From positions 1 to 64,000 of IMG/VR virus record IMGVR_UViG_3300032093_000068: a stretch of 64,000 nt of DNA, one strand, 5' to 3'. The notes under the pieces were generated by a model. It was not told the origin of the DNA and made no database searches. It worked only from the letters and a program-made list of their open reading frames with translations. The stretch comes from a virus. The translations under genes were made by a program, and so were the position numbers. Below, in pieces: positions 1 through 6,876 of the stretch (position 1 is its first letter; every line of letters begins with the position of its first letter).

Positions 1-33
1 TCACAAAGATTTGGCTGTTTGAAAAAACTTTTG

Positions 34-41
34 TAATTTTG
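34..41 (+). promoter_or_regulatory. Bacteroidota-type -7 promoter element TAnnTTTG upstream of the tRNA array
   Basis: TAATTTTG at 34-41 with TTTG about 20 nt upstream. The same motif occurs at 1337, 2242, 3341, 10656, 10744, 10874 and 16787 (+) and at 13080-13087, 37008-37015 and 38164-38171 (-). Confidence 0.7.
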
Positions 42-86
42 TGAAAGATTAATGATTGTTCATTGACATTGTGGGTATAATAAAAT

Positions 87-160
87 GGTGAGATAATTCA
101 GTTGGTTAGAATACATGTCTTATACACATGCAGTCGTGGGTTCAAGTCCCACTCTCACTA
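87..160 (+). tRNA. tRNA-Ile(TAT)
   Basis: Acceptor GGTGAGA/TCTCACT; anticodon arm CATGT-ctTATac-ACATG; T-loop TTCAAGT. Confidence 0.9.
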
Positions 161-166
161 CATAAT

Positions 167-241
167 CTTCAGGTAGTTCAGTTGGTTTAGAATTTTTGTC
201 TGATACACAAAGGGTCGGCGGTTCGAGTCCGCCCCTGAAGA
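167..241 (+). tRNA. tRNA-Ile(GAT)
   Basis: CTTCAGG/CCTGAAG; TTTGT-ctGATac-ACAAA; GGTTCGAGTCC. Confidence 0.92.
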
Positions 242-247
242 CACAAA

Positions 248-319
248 GAGCGGTTGGTCGAGCGATTAGGCACCTCCCTGCAAAGGAGAATAACGTGGGT
301 TTGAATCCCTCACCGCTCT
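248..319 (+). tRNA. tRNA-Cys(GCA)
   Basis: GAGCGGT/ACCGCTC with U discriminator; anticodon loop ctGCAaa; atypical T-arm (GTTTGAATC). Confidence 0.8.
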
Positions 320-325
320 CGATAC

Positions 326-398
326 GTACCTCTGGTGAAATGGTTTATCATAAACGGTTCCAACCCGTTTGTTCAGGGTTCGAATCCTTGGAGGTATG
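326..398 (+). tRNA. tRNA-Trp(CCA)
   Basis: GTACCTC/GAGGTAT with G73; AACGG-ttCCAac-CCGTT; GGTTCGAATCC. Confidence 0.85.
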
Positions 399-403
399 CG
401 AAC

Positions 404-477
404 ACCCCCTTAACTCAGTGGTTTAGAGTGATTGTTTTACAAGCAATATGTCCTAAGTTCGATTCTTAGAGGGGGTA
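404..477 (+). tRNA. tRNA-Val(TAC)
   Basis: ACCCCCT/AGGGGGT; ATTGT-ttTACaa-GCAAT. Confidence 0.9.
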
Positions 478-480
478 CAA

Positions 481-573
481 TAGGTTGATTGGGGAATACC
501 ATTTTGGTGGAGGTGATCTAAGTAACGCCAATCATAAAAATAGATGTCCACGCACCCATCTTCTATTTTCCTA
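481..573 (+). ncRNA. Unassigned structured RNA between tRNAs (three-way junction with possible pseudoknot)
   Basis: TAGG/CCTA closing stem, TGATTGG/CCAATCA, AAAATAGATG/CATC..CTATTTT; loop TCCAC (547-551) is complementary to GTGGA (507-511). Confidence 0.5.
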
Positions 574-577
574 TTTC

Positions 578-665
578 GGGTAGGTTACCGTAGCGGCGAA
601 CGGCTCTGACTGTAAATCAGAGGTCATACGACTAAACATCGGGGGTTCGAGTCCCTCCTTACCCA
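578..665 (+). tRNA. tRNA-Tyr(GTA)
   Basis: GGGTAGG/CTTACCC; TCTGA-ctGTAaa-TCAGA; long variable arm. Confidence 0.92.
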
Positions 666-668
666 CTA

Positions 669-856
669 TGAGTAAGAGATACTCAACAGTCTTTTGTCCA
701 AGACTCATTTAACAATGGACTAGCAGAATGTCTACGGCTAGAGTGAGACATCGTGGGATAAAGAGACTGACACAATCTCTCCCAGTAGTGTTGGCTGTTT
801 TTATGGGGGACGCCCCGCAGGTTTTTAAGATAATAGAAAACCGAATTAACTACTCA
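669..856 (+). ncRNA. Unassigned multi-pseudoknot structured RNA (about 190 nt)
   Basis: TGAGTA/TACTCA closing stem; CAGTCTTT/AGAGACTG; GTCCA/TGGAC; TAGC/GCTA; crossing pairings ATGTCT/AGACAT, ACTC/GAGT, TGGGA/TCCCA, AGAGAT/ATCTCT. Confidence 0.6.
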
Positions 857-881
857 CCTATAATCTCAAGGTGGGGAACAT

Positions 882-1000
882 GGTCAGGTGGCGGAATTGG
901 TTAGACGCTGCCGTGGGGCGACACCACTCTATAAAAACAGCATAAGCTCTCGCAATTAGGCGCCAGTTGCGAGGTGCAGGTTCGAGTCCTGTCCTGACTG
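882..1000 (+). ncRNA. tRNA-like RNA without a canonical anticodon arm
   Basis: Acceptor GGTCAGG/CCTGACT, Leu/Ser-type D-arm and T-arm GCAGG-TTCGAGT-CCTGT; the anticodon/variable region is replaced by about 65 nt containing two hairpins. Confidence 0.7.
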
Positions 1001-1009
1001 CATATTTTA

Positions 1010-1087
1010 TGATGAGCTTTCCTACACCCAGGGTTAGTGAATTTTTTAAAGGGGAACATACGGTACACAAGCCCGTAGGCTCATCAA
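1010..1087 (+). ncRNA. Unassigned structured RNA between tRNAs
   Basis: TGATGAGC/GCTCATCA closing stem, TTCCT/AGGGG(AA), TACGG/CCGTA. Confidence 0.45.
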
Positions 1088-1090
1088 AAT

Positions 1091-1163
1091 TGTCCTGTGG
1101 TGGAATTGGCAACACGTCTGATTTTGAGTCAGAAGATTTCAGGTTCGAGGCCTGACGGGACAA
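1091..1163 (+). tRNA. tRNA-Gln(TTG)
   Basis: TGTCCTG/CGGGACA; TCTGA-ttTTGag-TCAGA. Confidence 0.9.
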
Positions 1164-1171
1164 CTTTTTAA

Positions 1172-1246
1172 GCATCATTAGCTCAGAGGCAGAGCGCTAG
1201 TCTTCCAAACTAGAGGTCGAGATTTCAAAATTCTCATGGTGCTCCA
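1172..1246 (+). tRNA. tRNA-Gly(TCC) with encoded CCA
   Basis: GCATCAT/ATGGTGC-T-CCA; CTAGT-ctTCCaa-ACTAG; atypical T-loop. Confidence 0.88.
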
Positions 1247-1249
1247 AAT

Positions 1250-1322
1250 GCCGCCATAGTGAAACGGTTCATCACGGAACTCTCATAAGGTTTAATTACA
1301 AGTTCGATTCTTGTTGGCGGTA
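1250..1322 (+). tRNA. tRNA-CAT (Met, or lysidine-modified Ile2)
   Basis: GCCGCCA/TGGCGGT; GAACT-ctCATaa-GGTTT. Confidence 0.85.
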
Positions 1323-1354
1323 CGAAATATATTTTGTATATTTGTATAAATTAT

Positions 1355-1427
1355 GGAACAGTAGCCTAGTTGGTCAAGGCACTCGCCTGAAGAGCGAGCA
1401 ATAAAAGTTCGATTCTTTTCTGTTCCA
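1355..1427 (+). tRNA. tRNA-Phe(GAA)
   Basis: GGAACAG/CTGTTCC; CTCGC-ctGAAga-GCGAG. Confidence 0.9.
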
Positions 1428-1436
1428 CATAAATAC

Positions 1437-1523
1437 GGAGGTGGTCCGAATGGACGAGGAAGCTATCTTGAAAATAGTTGGTCGGAGAAATCTGGCCTGG
1501 GGGTTCGATTCCCTTCTCCTCCG
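1437..1523 (+). tRNA. tRNA-Ser(TGA)
   Basis: GGAGGTG/CTCCTCC with G73; GCTAT-ctTGAaa-ATAGT; long variable arm. Confidence 0.9.
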
Positions 1524-1531
1524 CTAAATAT

Positions 1532-1606
1532 GGTGTTGTTAGTTCAGTTGGCGAGAACGTCTGATTGTGGTTCAGAAGGTCATGAGTTCGAATCTCATAC
1601 GACACC
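1532..1606 (+). tRNA. tRNA-His(GTG)
   Basis: G-1 plus GTGTTGT/ACGACAC-C; TCTGA-ttGTGgt-TCAGA. Confidence 0.92.
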
Positions 1607-1614
1607 CTAATAAT

Positions 1615-1697
1615 GAGTAAGTGGCGAAACTGGTAGTACGCGCCGTCCTTAGAAGCCGGTGGATAATTCCGTGTAGGTTCGAATCCTACCTTACTCA
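1615..1697 (+). tRNA. tRNA-Leu(TAG)
   Basis: GAGTAAG/CTTACTC-A; anticodon loop ctTAGaa; variable arm. Confidence 0.9.
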
Positions 1698-1729
1698 CAA
1701 AAAAATTATACTCACATCTAAAAAAAATT

Positions 1730-2026
1730 ATGGATTTTTTTGAAAAAAACAAAGTAAAAACTTTTGATGATTTGGTTTTTAAACCACATGGAAATTATTG
1801 GAATGTTGGAGCAGTCCAGGCGGTAATGGAGTTCCCTAATGGTCATTGTATTTCTGTTGTCGGAGCAGGTCAAGGACTTTACGGCGATGGCGTGAATACT
1901 TTTGAAGTTTGGGCTAGTTGGCAAGAAGATGTCCAAGGATATCTTACAAAAGACGAAGTTACCGAAGTTATGCTTGAAACTCAATCAAAATCAAAGCATG
2001 TTCCAACTGTGGGTTATTCAGTTTAG
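1730..2026 (+). CDS. Hypothetical phage protein inside the tRNA array
   Basis: 98-aa ORF with A-rich leader and plausible composition. Confidence 0.75.
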   Translation: MDFFEKNKVKTFDDLVFKPHGNYWNVGAVQAVMEFPNGHCISVVGAGQGLYGDGVNTFEVWASWQEDVQGYLTKDEVTEVMLETQSKSKHVPTVGYSV

Positions 2027-2036
2027 AAAATAAAAA

Positions 2037-2109
2037 AGTCCCTTAGCTCAACGGAAGAGCACTTGAATACGGATCAAGAGGTTTGTGAGTTCGAATCTCA
2101 CAGGGACTT
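2037..2109 (+). tRNA. tRNA-Arg(ACG)
   Basis: AGTCCCT/AGGGACT; CTTGA-atACGga-TCAAG. Confidence 0.88.
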
Positions 2110-2115
2110 CAAAAC

Positions 2116-2200
2116 GGAGAATTAACCCTGATGGCGATGGGGTCTTCCTGCTAAGAATGACGTACATTTTTTGTATGAGGTTCGATTCCTCAATTCTCCG
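2116..2200 (+). tRNA. tRNA-Ser(GCT)
   Basis: GGAGAAT/ATTCTCC-G; loop ctGCTaa; variable arm; imperfect anticodon stem. Confidence 0.8.
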
Positions 2201-2286
2201 CTAAAATAGCAATTGGCAATTTTTTAATCAAAAAATGTTCTTATATTTGTCAAATGACAATTTACACACAATTAAAAAAATCCATT

Positions 2287-2397
2287 ATGGAAAAATTAGT
2301 AAGTATAAAAATTTTAAGACCGATAACATTACCAATTATAGGTGTGTTTCTTATTACATATATTATCATATCATATGTGTTTGGTTTGGATATGTAA
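2287..2397 (+). CDS. Small single-TM membrane protein (36 aa; not in the ORF track)
   Basis: MEKLVSIKILRPITLPIIGVFLITYIIISYVFGLDM, downstream of promoter TATATTTG at 2242. Confidence 0.55.
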   Translation: MEKLVSIKILRPITLPIIGVFLITYIIISYVFGLDM

Positions 2398-2431
2398 TAA
2401 TGAATTTTTTACACTTATAAAATGTGTAATT

Positions 2432-2527
2432 ACTTATAACGTTTGGGTGTATGAGAAGGTTTGCTTAGATGAACTTTCAAATTACCACAAAACTTTATAG
2501 AAAACTTTCTTATACACCTTGTTATGT
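2432..2527 (+). repeat. attC-like imperfect palindrome
   Basis: Ends ..TATAAC (2435-2440) and GTTATGT (2521-2527) enclose a 17-bp stem 2446-2462/2502-2518. Confidence 0.5.
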
Positions 2528-2557
2528 GTAGGTTTAAAAAGAAATAAAACGAAAATT

Positions 2558-2812
2558 ATGTATATAGAAAGATTTTTTAATCCAGTAATTTCATCACAAG
2601 AAATAGTTTTGTATGATAAAGAAAAAGCGTTAGAACATTGTATGAAGTACTTTACATACATAAGACAATTCTCTTTCAGAGGTGATGAATACATTAAAAA
2701 CAATGGTAAAACCTTGGTTTGGAATGATGGTAGTAAAGTTGATGTTGATAAACTACCTAATGATGGGTGGGGTAAATATTTTTCTGAAATACATAATTTG
2801 TGTTCTTTTTAA
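2558..2812 (+). CDS. Hypothetical protein flanked by 23-bp inverted repeats (gene-cassette-like)
   Basis: ORF from MYIERFF; inverted repeats at 2521-2543 and 2803-2825. Confidence 0.65.
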   Translation: MYIERFFNPVISSQEIVLYDKEKALEHCMKYFTYIRQFSFRGDEYIKNNGKTLVWNDGSKVDVDKLPNDGWGKYFSEIHNLCSF

Positions 2813-2908
2813 ACTTACACATAACTATTATATATACACACCTCACCCCAATATCAATAAAATCAATCAATTACAATCGCTTAATCTTAAATTTTATTAA
2901 ATTTTTTT

Positions 2909-3316
2909 ATGAAAACATATCTTTTCTTGGACGATTTCAGAAATCCTGATCATTGCGTTTCATATATGAGGTTAAGAACCGAGGATTCTGCAATGTACAC
3001 CAGGGAAAAATGGATTGTAGTTAAAAACTACGATGAATTTGTTAACTACATATCAACAAATGGATTACCTTATTTAATTTCATTTGATCACGATCTTGCT
3101 GACGAACATTATGATCAATCATTGTATTTGACAAATTATGATGACATGTCAAAATCTTTTAAAGAAAAAACAGGTTTGGATTGCGCCAAATGGTTGGTTG
3201 ATTATTGCTTAGATAATAGTTTAAAATTACCAAAATTTGCCGTCCATTCAATGAATCCGGTAGGAGCTGAAAATATTTCATCATACTTAAAATCATTTGA
3301 ACAATTTCAATGGTGA
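2909..3316 (+). CDS. Cyclic-phosphate-processing receiver-domain protein
   Basis: LFLDDxR, ISFDHDL, TGLDCAKWL and HSMNPVG motifs. Confidence 0.8.
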   Translation: MKTYLFLDDFRNPDHCVSYMRLRTEDSAMYTREKWIVVKNYDEFVNYISTNGLPYLISFDHDLADEHYDQSLYLTNYDDMSKSFKEKTGLDCAKWLVDYCLDNSLKLPKFAVHSMNPVGAENISSYLKSFEQFQW

Positions 3317-3354
3317 TTTTGTTTTTTTAAATTTTTTTTATACCTTTGTAATCT

Positions 3355-4023
3355 ATGAGCAGTATTAAAATAGAACTATCAAGTTCATCTCAAAATATTT
3401 GGATCACCTCAGATACCCATTATGGGCACAAAAATATTTGTCGTGGAGTTACAGATTGGAGGCTAGACGATGGATCAATTCCTATTGATCAGACTAGAGA
3501 TTTTAAATCCATAGATAGTATGAATGCATCTATTATCAATAATATTAATGAATTTGTCAATCAAGATGATATTCTGTTCCATCTTGGTGACTGGTCTTTT
3601 GGAGGTTTTGAGAACATTCGTAATTTTTGGGATAGAATTGTTTGTAAAAACATACATTTGGTTTTAGGTAATCACGATCATCACATTGAAAGAAATAGAG
3701 GTGGATGTAAAGGATTATTTAAAAGCGTAAATGATTATGTTGAATTATCTGTTGGTGGTAAGAAATTTGTTTTAATGCACTACCCCCTCTCATCTTGGAA
3801 TGGTTTAAATAAAGGTGTAATCCATCTTCACGGGCATGTTCATTTACCAAACCACAAAAAATTTGGTAAAGGTCGCAAAATGGATGTCGGAATTGATGGT
3901 TCCACAGAATTTAGACCTTATAATTTAATTAAAGAGATTATTCCGATTATGATTAAACGTAATATCATTTCAGATATGGAGTTTGATCACCATACTGATG
4001 AATTAAAAAATGTTGTTGGTTAA
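3355..4023 (+). CDS. Calcineurin-like metallophosphoesterase
   Basis: SDTHYGH, HLGD, GNHD, HYP, HGHVH. Confidence 0.9.
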   Translation: MSSIKIELSSSSQNIWITSDTHYGHKNICRGVTDWRLDDGSIPIDQTRDFKSIDSMNASIINNINEFVNQDDILFHLGDWSFGGFENIRNFWDRIVCKNIHLVLGNHDHHIERNRGGCKGLFKSVNDYVELSVGGKKFVLMHYPLSSWNGLNKGVIHLHGHVHLPNHKKFGKGRKMDVGIDGSTEFRPYNLIKEIIPIMIKRNIISDMEFDHHTDELKNVVG

Positions 4024-4024
4024 C

Positions 4025-4246
4025 ATGGAAAATATATCAAAAAGACAAAATTTCATATCTGTTGATAATAACACAGCTATAAATTCATATGGTAATATTT
4101 TTACCGTAGGAGAAGTTGTAAGACATGAAGATAAAGAAGCTGGTTTTGCAACAATTTTGAGTTTTGAGCCTAGAATTGATGAAAATGAAATTACAGTTCA
4201 TACAAATAAAGGTTTTGCACATATTGACTTTTTGGTAAAGTTTTAG
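4025..4246 (+). CDS. Hypothetical protein
   Basis: ORF in operon; ATG at 4025. Confidence 0.6.
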   Translation: MENISKRQNFISVDNNTAINSYGNIFTVGEVVRHEDKEAGFATILSFEPRIDENEITVHTNKGFAHIDFLVKF

Positions 4247-4260
4247 ATTTTTGTAAAAAA

Positions 4261-4506
4261 ATGCTCGGTTTGAAAAAAAACTCAATATTTGTTATAGTTT
4301 CAATTGTTCTAATATTTGCGATGAATTTTATTTTTAATACAAATATAAGTTCAAACAAGACTTATTATGAAATAACTTCAAACGAAATAGGAAGGTGTTA
4401 TCAGGCAAAAAACATTATCAAACAAGAAAGTGGTTGTATTTTCTTTAATGATATATTTGATAATGAACAAATTGTTTGTGGAAATTATTCAGTTACAAAA
4501 TACTAA
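4261..4506 (+). CDS. Hypothetical membrane-anchored protein
   Basis: N-terminal hydrophobic helix. Confidence 0.6.
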   Translation: MLGLKKNSIFVIVSIVLIFAMNFIFNTNISSNKTYYEITSNEIGRCYQAKNIIKQESGCIFFNDIFDNEQIVCGNYSVTKY

Positions 4507-4643
4507 TGGGTAAAACGTATCGTAATCAGAAAGGTGATATGCCGAAATCTAAGAGTTCAAACGGTAATCACAACAAAAACAAGTCAAACAAAAAAAATCA
4601 GGACAAAAAAGGAAAATTCCGTTCAGATGATTTTGATAATTAG
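4506..4643 (+). CDS. Small basic protein (45 aa; not in the ORF track)
   Basis: MGKTYRNQKGDMPKSKSSNGNHNKNKSNKKNQDKKGKFRSDDFDN; TAATG overlap with the previous stop. Confidence 0.55.
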   Translation: MGKTYRNQKGDMPKSKSSNGNHNKNKSNKKNQDKKGKFRSDDFDN

Positions 4644-4725
4644 AAATTATCAATTAATTTTATATAACCCCACCGAAAAACCGACAAATATTTAGTTTGT
4701 GGGATGAAAATCGATTTTTTATAAA

Positions 4726-5100
4726 ATGTTTAAAGTAGTTAAATATTGCTCAGAACAAATTGAATATATTCAATTTGAATTATCGGCATTGGTTGATAAT
4801 GATGGTAATTTTTATAATCGTTCTTTTAATTGCGTCAATCGTAAGAACTCTAATGGTGGTTTTTCATATGAATTTATTTGGGATAATGCTAAATGGTTGT
4901 TGAATGAGTTTTATCCTGTTTTAAAACATGCGGTAAAAGATAATATTAATCTATATGACTTAAAACCCGAATGGTTTGATGACATTGATATTGAAAAAGA
5001 AGGTGAGCTTGAAATTTTGAAATATGAACTATTTTATAAAGATATCTTAGAGATGTTTGATTTGGCAATAAAAGATGGTTTATTTACTGAAAAAATTTAA
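4726..5100 (+). CDS. Hypothetical protein
   Basis: 124-aa ORF. Confidence 0.65.
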   Translation: MFKVVKYCSEQIEYIQFELSALVDNDGNFYNRSFNCVNRKNSNGGFSYEFIWDNAKWLLNEFYPVLKHAVKDNINLYDLKPEWFDDIDIEKEGELEILKYELFYKDILEMFDLAIKDGLFTEKI

Positions 5101-5105
5101 AAAAA

Positions 5106-5858
5106 ATGGAAAGAAAATTAGCAAGTATTAGAATTATATCTGATTTGCGCCCAATTGAGGGTGCTGATAAAATAGAATTGGCCATCGTTGATGGATGGAA
5201 AGTAGTTGTTGCAAAAGATGTAGGTCACAAAGTTGGTGACAAAGTTATTTATTGTGAGATTGACTCATTTTTACCTATTAAACCTGAATTCGAATTTTTG
5301 CGAAAATCATCATATAAAAAGATGGCCGACGGTTCTGAAGGTTTTCGTTTGAGAACCGTAAAACTTCGCGGACAGGTTAGTCAAGGTTTGATTTTACCTT
5401 TATCGTTAATTAATTACACTAACTTAGATTTTAAGGTTGGTATGGATGTAACTATGATGTTGGGGATTAATAAATACGAGCCTCCAATTCCGGCAGAACT
5501 TGCTGGTAAGGTAAAAGGTTTGTTTCCATCGTTTATACCTAAAACCGACGAGGTGAGATGTTTATCTGAAGAAACCGAATTAATAACTGAAGATGGTATT
5601 AAAACAATCAAAGAAATTTGTGAAACTAAATATATTGGTAAAGTTTTGAGTTTTAATGTTTTTGAAAACAAAAACGAAATGAACACCATAAATTCTCACT
5701 CAGTACAAAAAAATAATAATGATTGGTATGAAATTGAATTAATTTCAGGTAAAATTCTTAAACTAACAGGTAACCATAGAATTTGGTTACCAGAACTTAA
5801 TTGTTATAGAGAAGTTAAAGAACTTTTAGGTGATGAAGTTGTAAAAATAACGGATTAA
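5106..5858 (+). CDS. RNA ligase (DRB0094-type) N-extein fused to N-half of a split intein
   Basis: RKLASI..I.PIEGADKIE, RLRTVKLRGQVSQGL, FPSFIPKTDEVR, then intein block A CLSEETELITEDG (Cys at nt 5559) and block B LKLTGNHRIW; stops after about 99 aa of intein. Confidence 0.9.
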   Translation: MERKLASIRIISDLRPIEGADKIELAIVDGWKVVVAKDVGHKVGDKVIYCEIDSFLPIKPEFEFLRKSSYKKMADGSEGFRLRTVKLRGQVSQGLILPLSLINYTNLDFKVGMDVTMMLGINKYEPPIPAELAGKVKGLFPSFIPKTDEVRCLSEETELITEDGIKTIKEICETKYIGKVLSFNVFENKNEMNTINSHSVQKNNNDWYEIELISGKILKLTGNHRIWLPELNCYREVKELLGDEVVKITD

Positions 5859-5907
5859 GTTCTGTTTTTTATATAAAGTTAGATATTTATATGTAAATAA
5901 ATATGTT

Positions 5908-6876
5908 ATGGAATGTCTAATTTGTAAAAAAGAGTTTATAAAAAAAAATCATTTAAAAATACATATTAATCATCATCACCCTAATAATAAGCTTGAAAAT
6001 GAGGTTCTATATTTAAAATCATTAGAAACCAAAATACCTATTAATTTGATCGATATTAAAAATATGTATTTGGATGGGAGTACTATTGATGATATCAAAA
6101 AAAAATATGGTGTTAGTGTTGGTAATTATATTTTATTATTGGGTATTAAACGAACTGCTAGCGAAAGTAAAAAAACTAAACAATATAAAGACAAATTTGA
6201 AAAAACTTTAATTGATCGCTACGGTGTTAAAAATCCTTCTCAATCCGAAGATGTGAAATTAAAAAAGAAAAACACATTTTTTAAAAACTATGGATATGAA
6301 AACAATTTTAATAATGAAACAATAAGAAAATATGCAATTTCAAAAATTAACTACACCGAAGTATTGAAAAAAAGTAAAGAAACTTTAAAGTTAAGATATG
6401 GCGATAATATAATTAATCCAGCTCAACTAGGTTGGGTTAAAGAAAAAATATCAAAATCTCAAAAAGATAGATTATCTAAACTATCAACAGATGAATTAAG
6501 ATCTTTAACTGAAAAGGCCAGAGGTAATTTAAAATATGTTAGTAAACAAGAATTAAGGATACAATCAATTCTAAATGAATTAAATATTACTTATACGGCA
6601 AATGGTTTTTTATATAGTTATAATTGGGATTTAATTTTTAAAAATAAAATCATAATTGAAGTTCAGGGGGACTTCTGGCATGGTAGCCCTAAATTATATA
6701 AAGAATCTGATATTTTACTAAATGGGTTAACCGTTAAGGATGTTTGGGAAAAAGATAAAAAAAAACTTAAATTAATCGAATCAAAAGGCTATAAGGTTTA
6801 TTATCTTTGGGAAAGTGATATTAATCATATGAGTGACTTTGAATTGTTAAATGCATTAAAAGAAATATTATGTTAG
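5908..6876 (+). mobile_element. Free-standing Vsr/DUF559-like (PD-(D/E)xK) putative homing endonuclease gene inside the split intein
   Basis: N-terminal C2H2 finger, three YGxxN-type repeats, C-terminal WDL..IIEVQGDFWHG..D.KK..GYKVYYLWE; own TATTTAT motif at 5884. Confidence 0.8.

Noticed and set aside
63-81. E. coli-type sigma70 promoter TTGACA...TATAAT
   Set aside because: The spacer is only 7 nt; TTGACA here is part of the boxA-like GTTCATTGACAT.
541-573. HDV-like (theta) ribozyme downstream of a tRNA, suggested by the TCCACGC loop
   Set aside because: No P3 closure, P1 3' strand, GG for P1.1 or catalytic C-x-A segment follows in the required order.
196-1984. ORFs 196-426, 858-1178, 967-1155, 1366-1752 and 1718-1984
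   Set aside because: They overlap well-formed tRNAs or ncRNAs, or lie antisense to a better ORF; spurious translations.
2235-2900. ORFs 2235-2420, 2482-2703 and 2682-2900
   Set aside because: They overlap a promoter or hairpin and the better-supported ORFs 2287-2397 and 2558-2812.
5859-6869. Group I intron interrupting the RNA ligase
   Set aside because: Only about 50 nt of non-coding sequence flank the endonuclease ORF, too little for a ribozyme core; split-intein motifs explain the arrangement.
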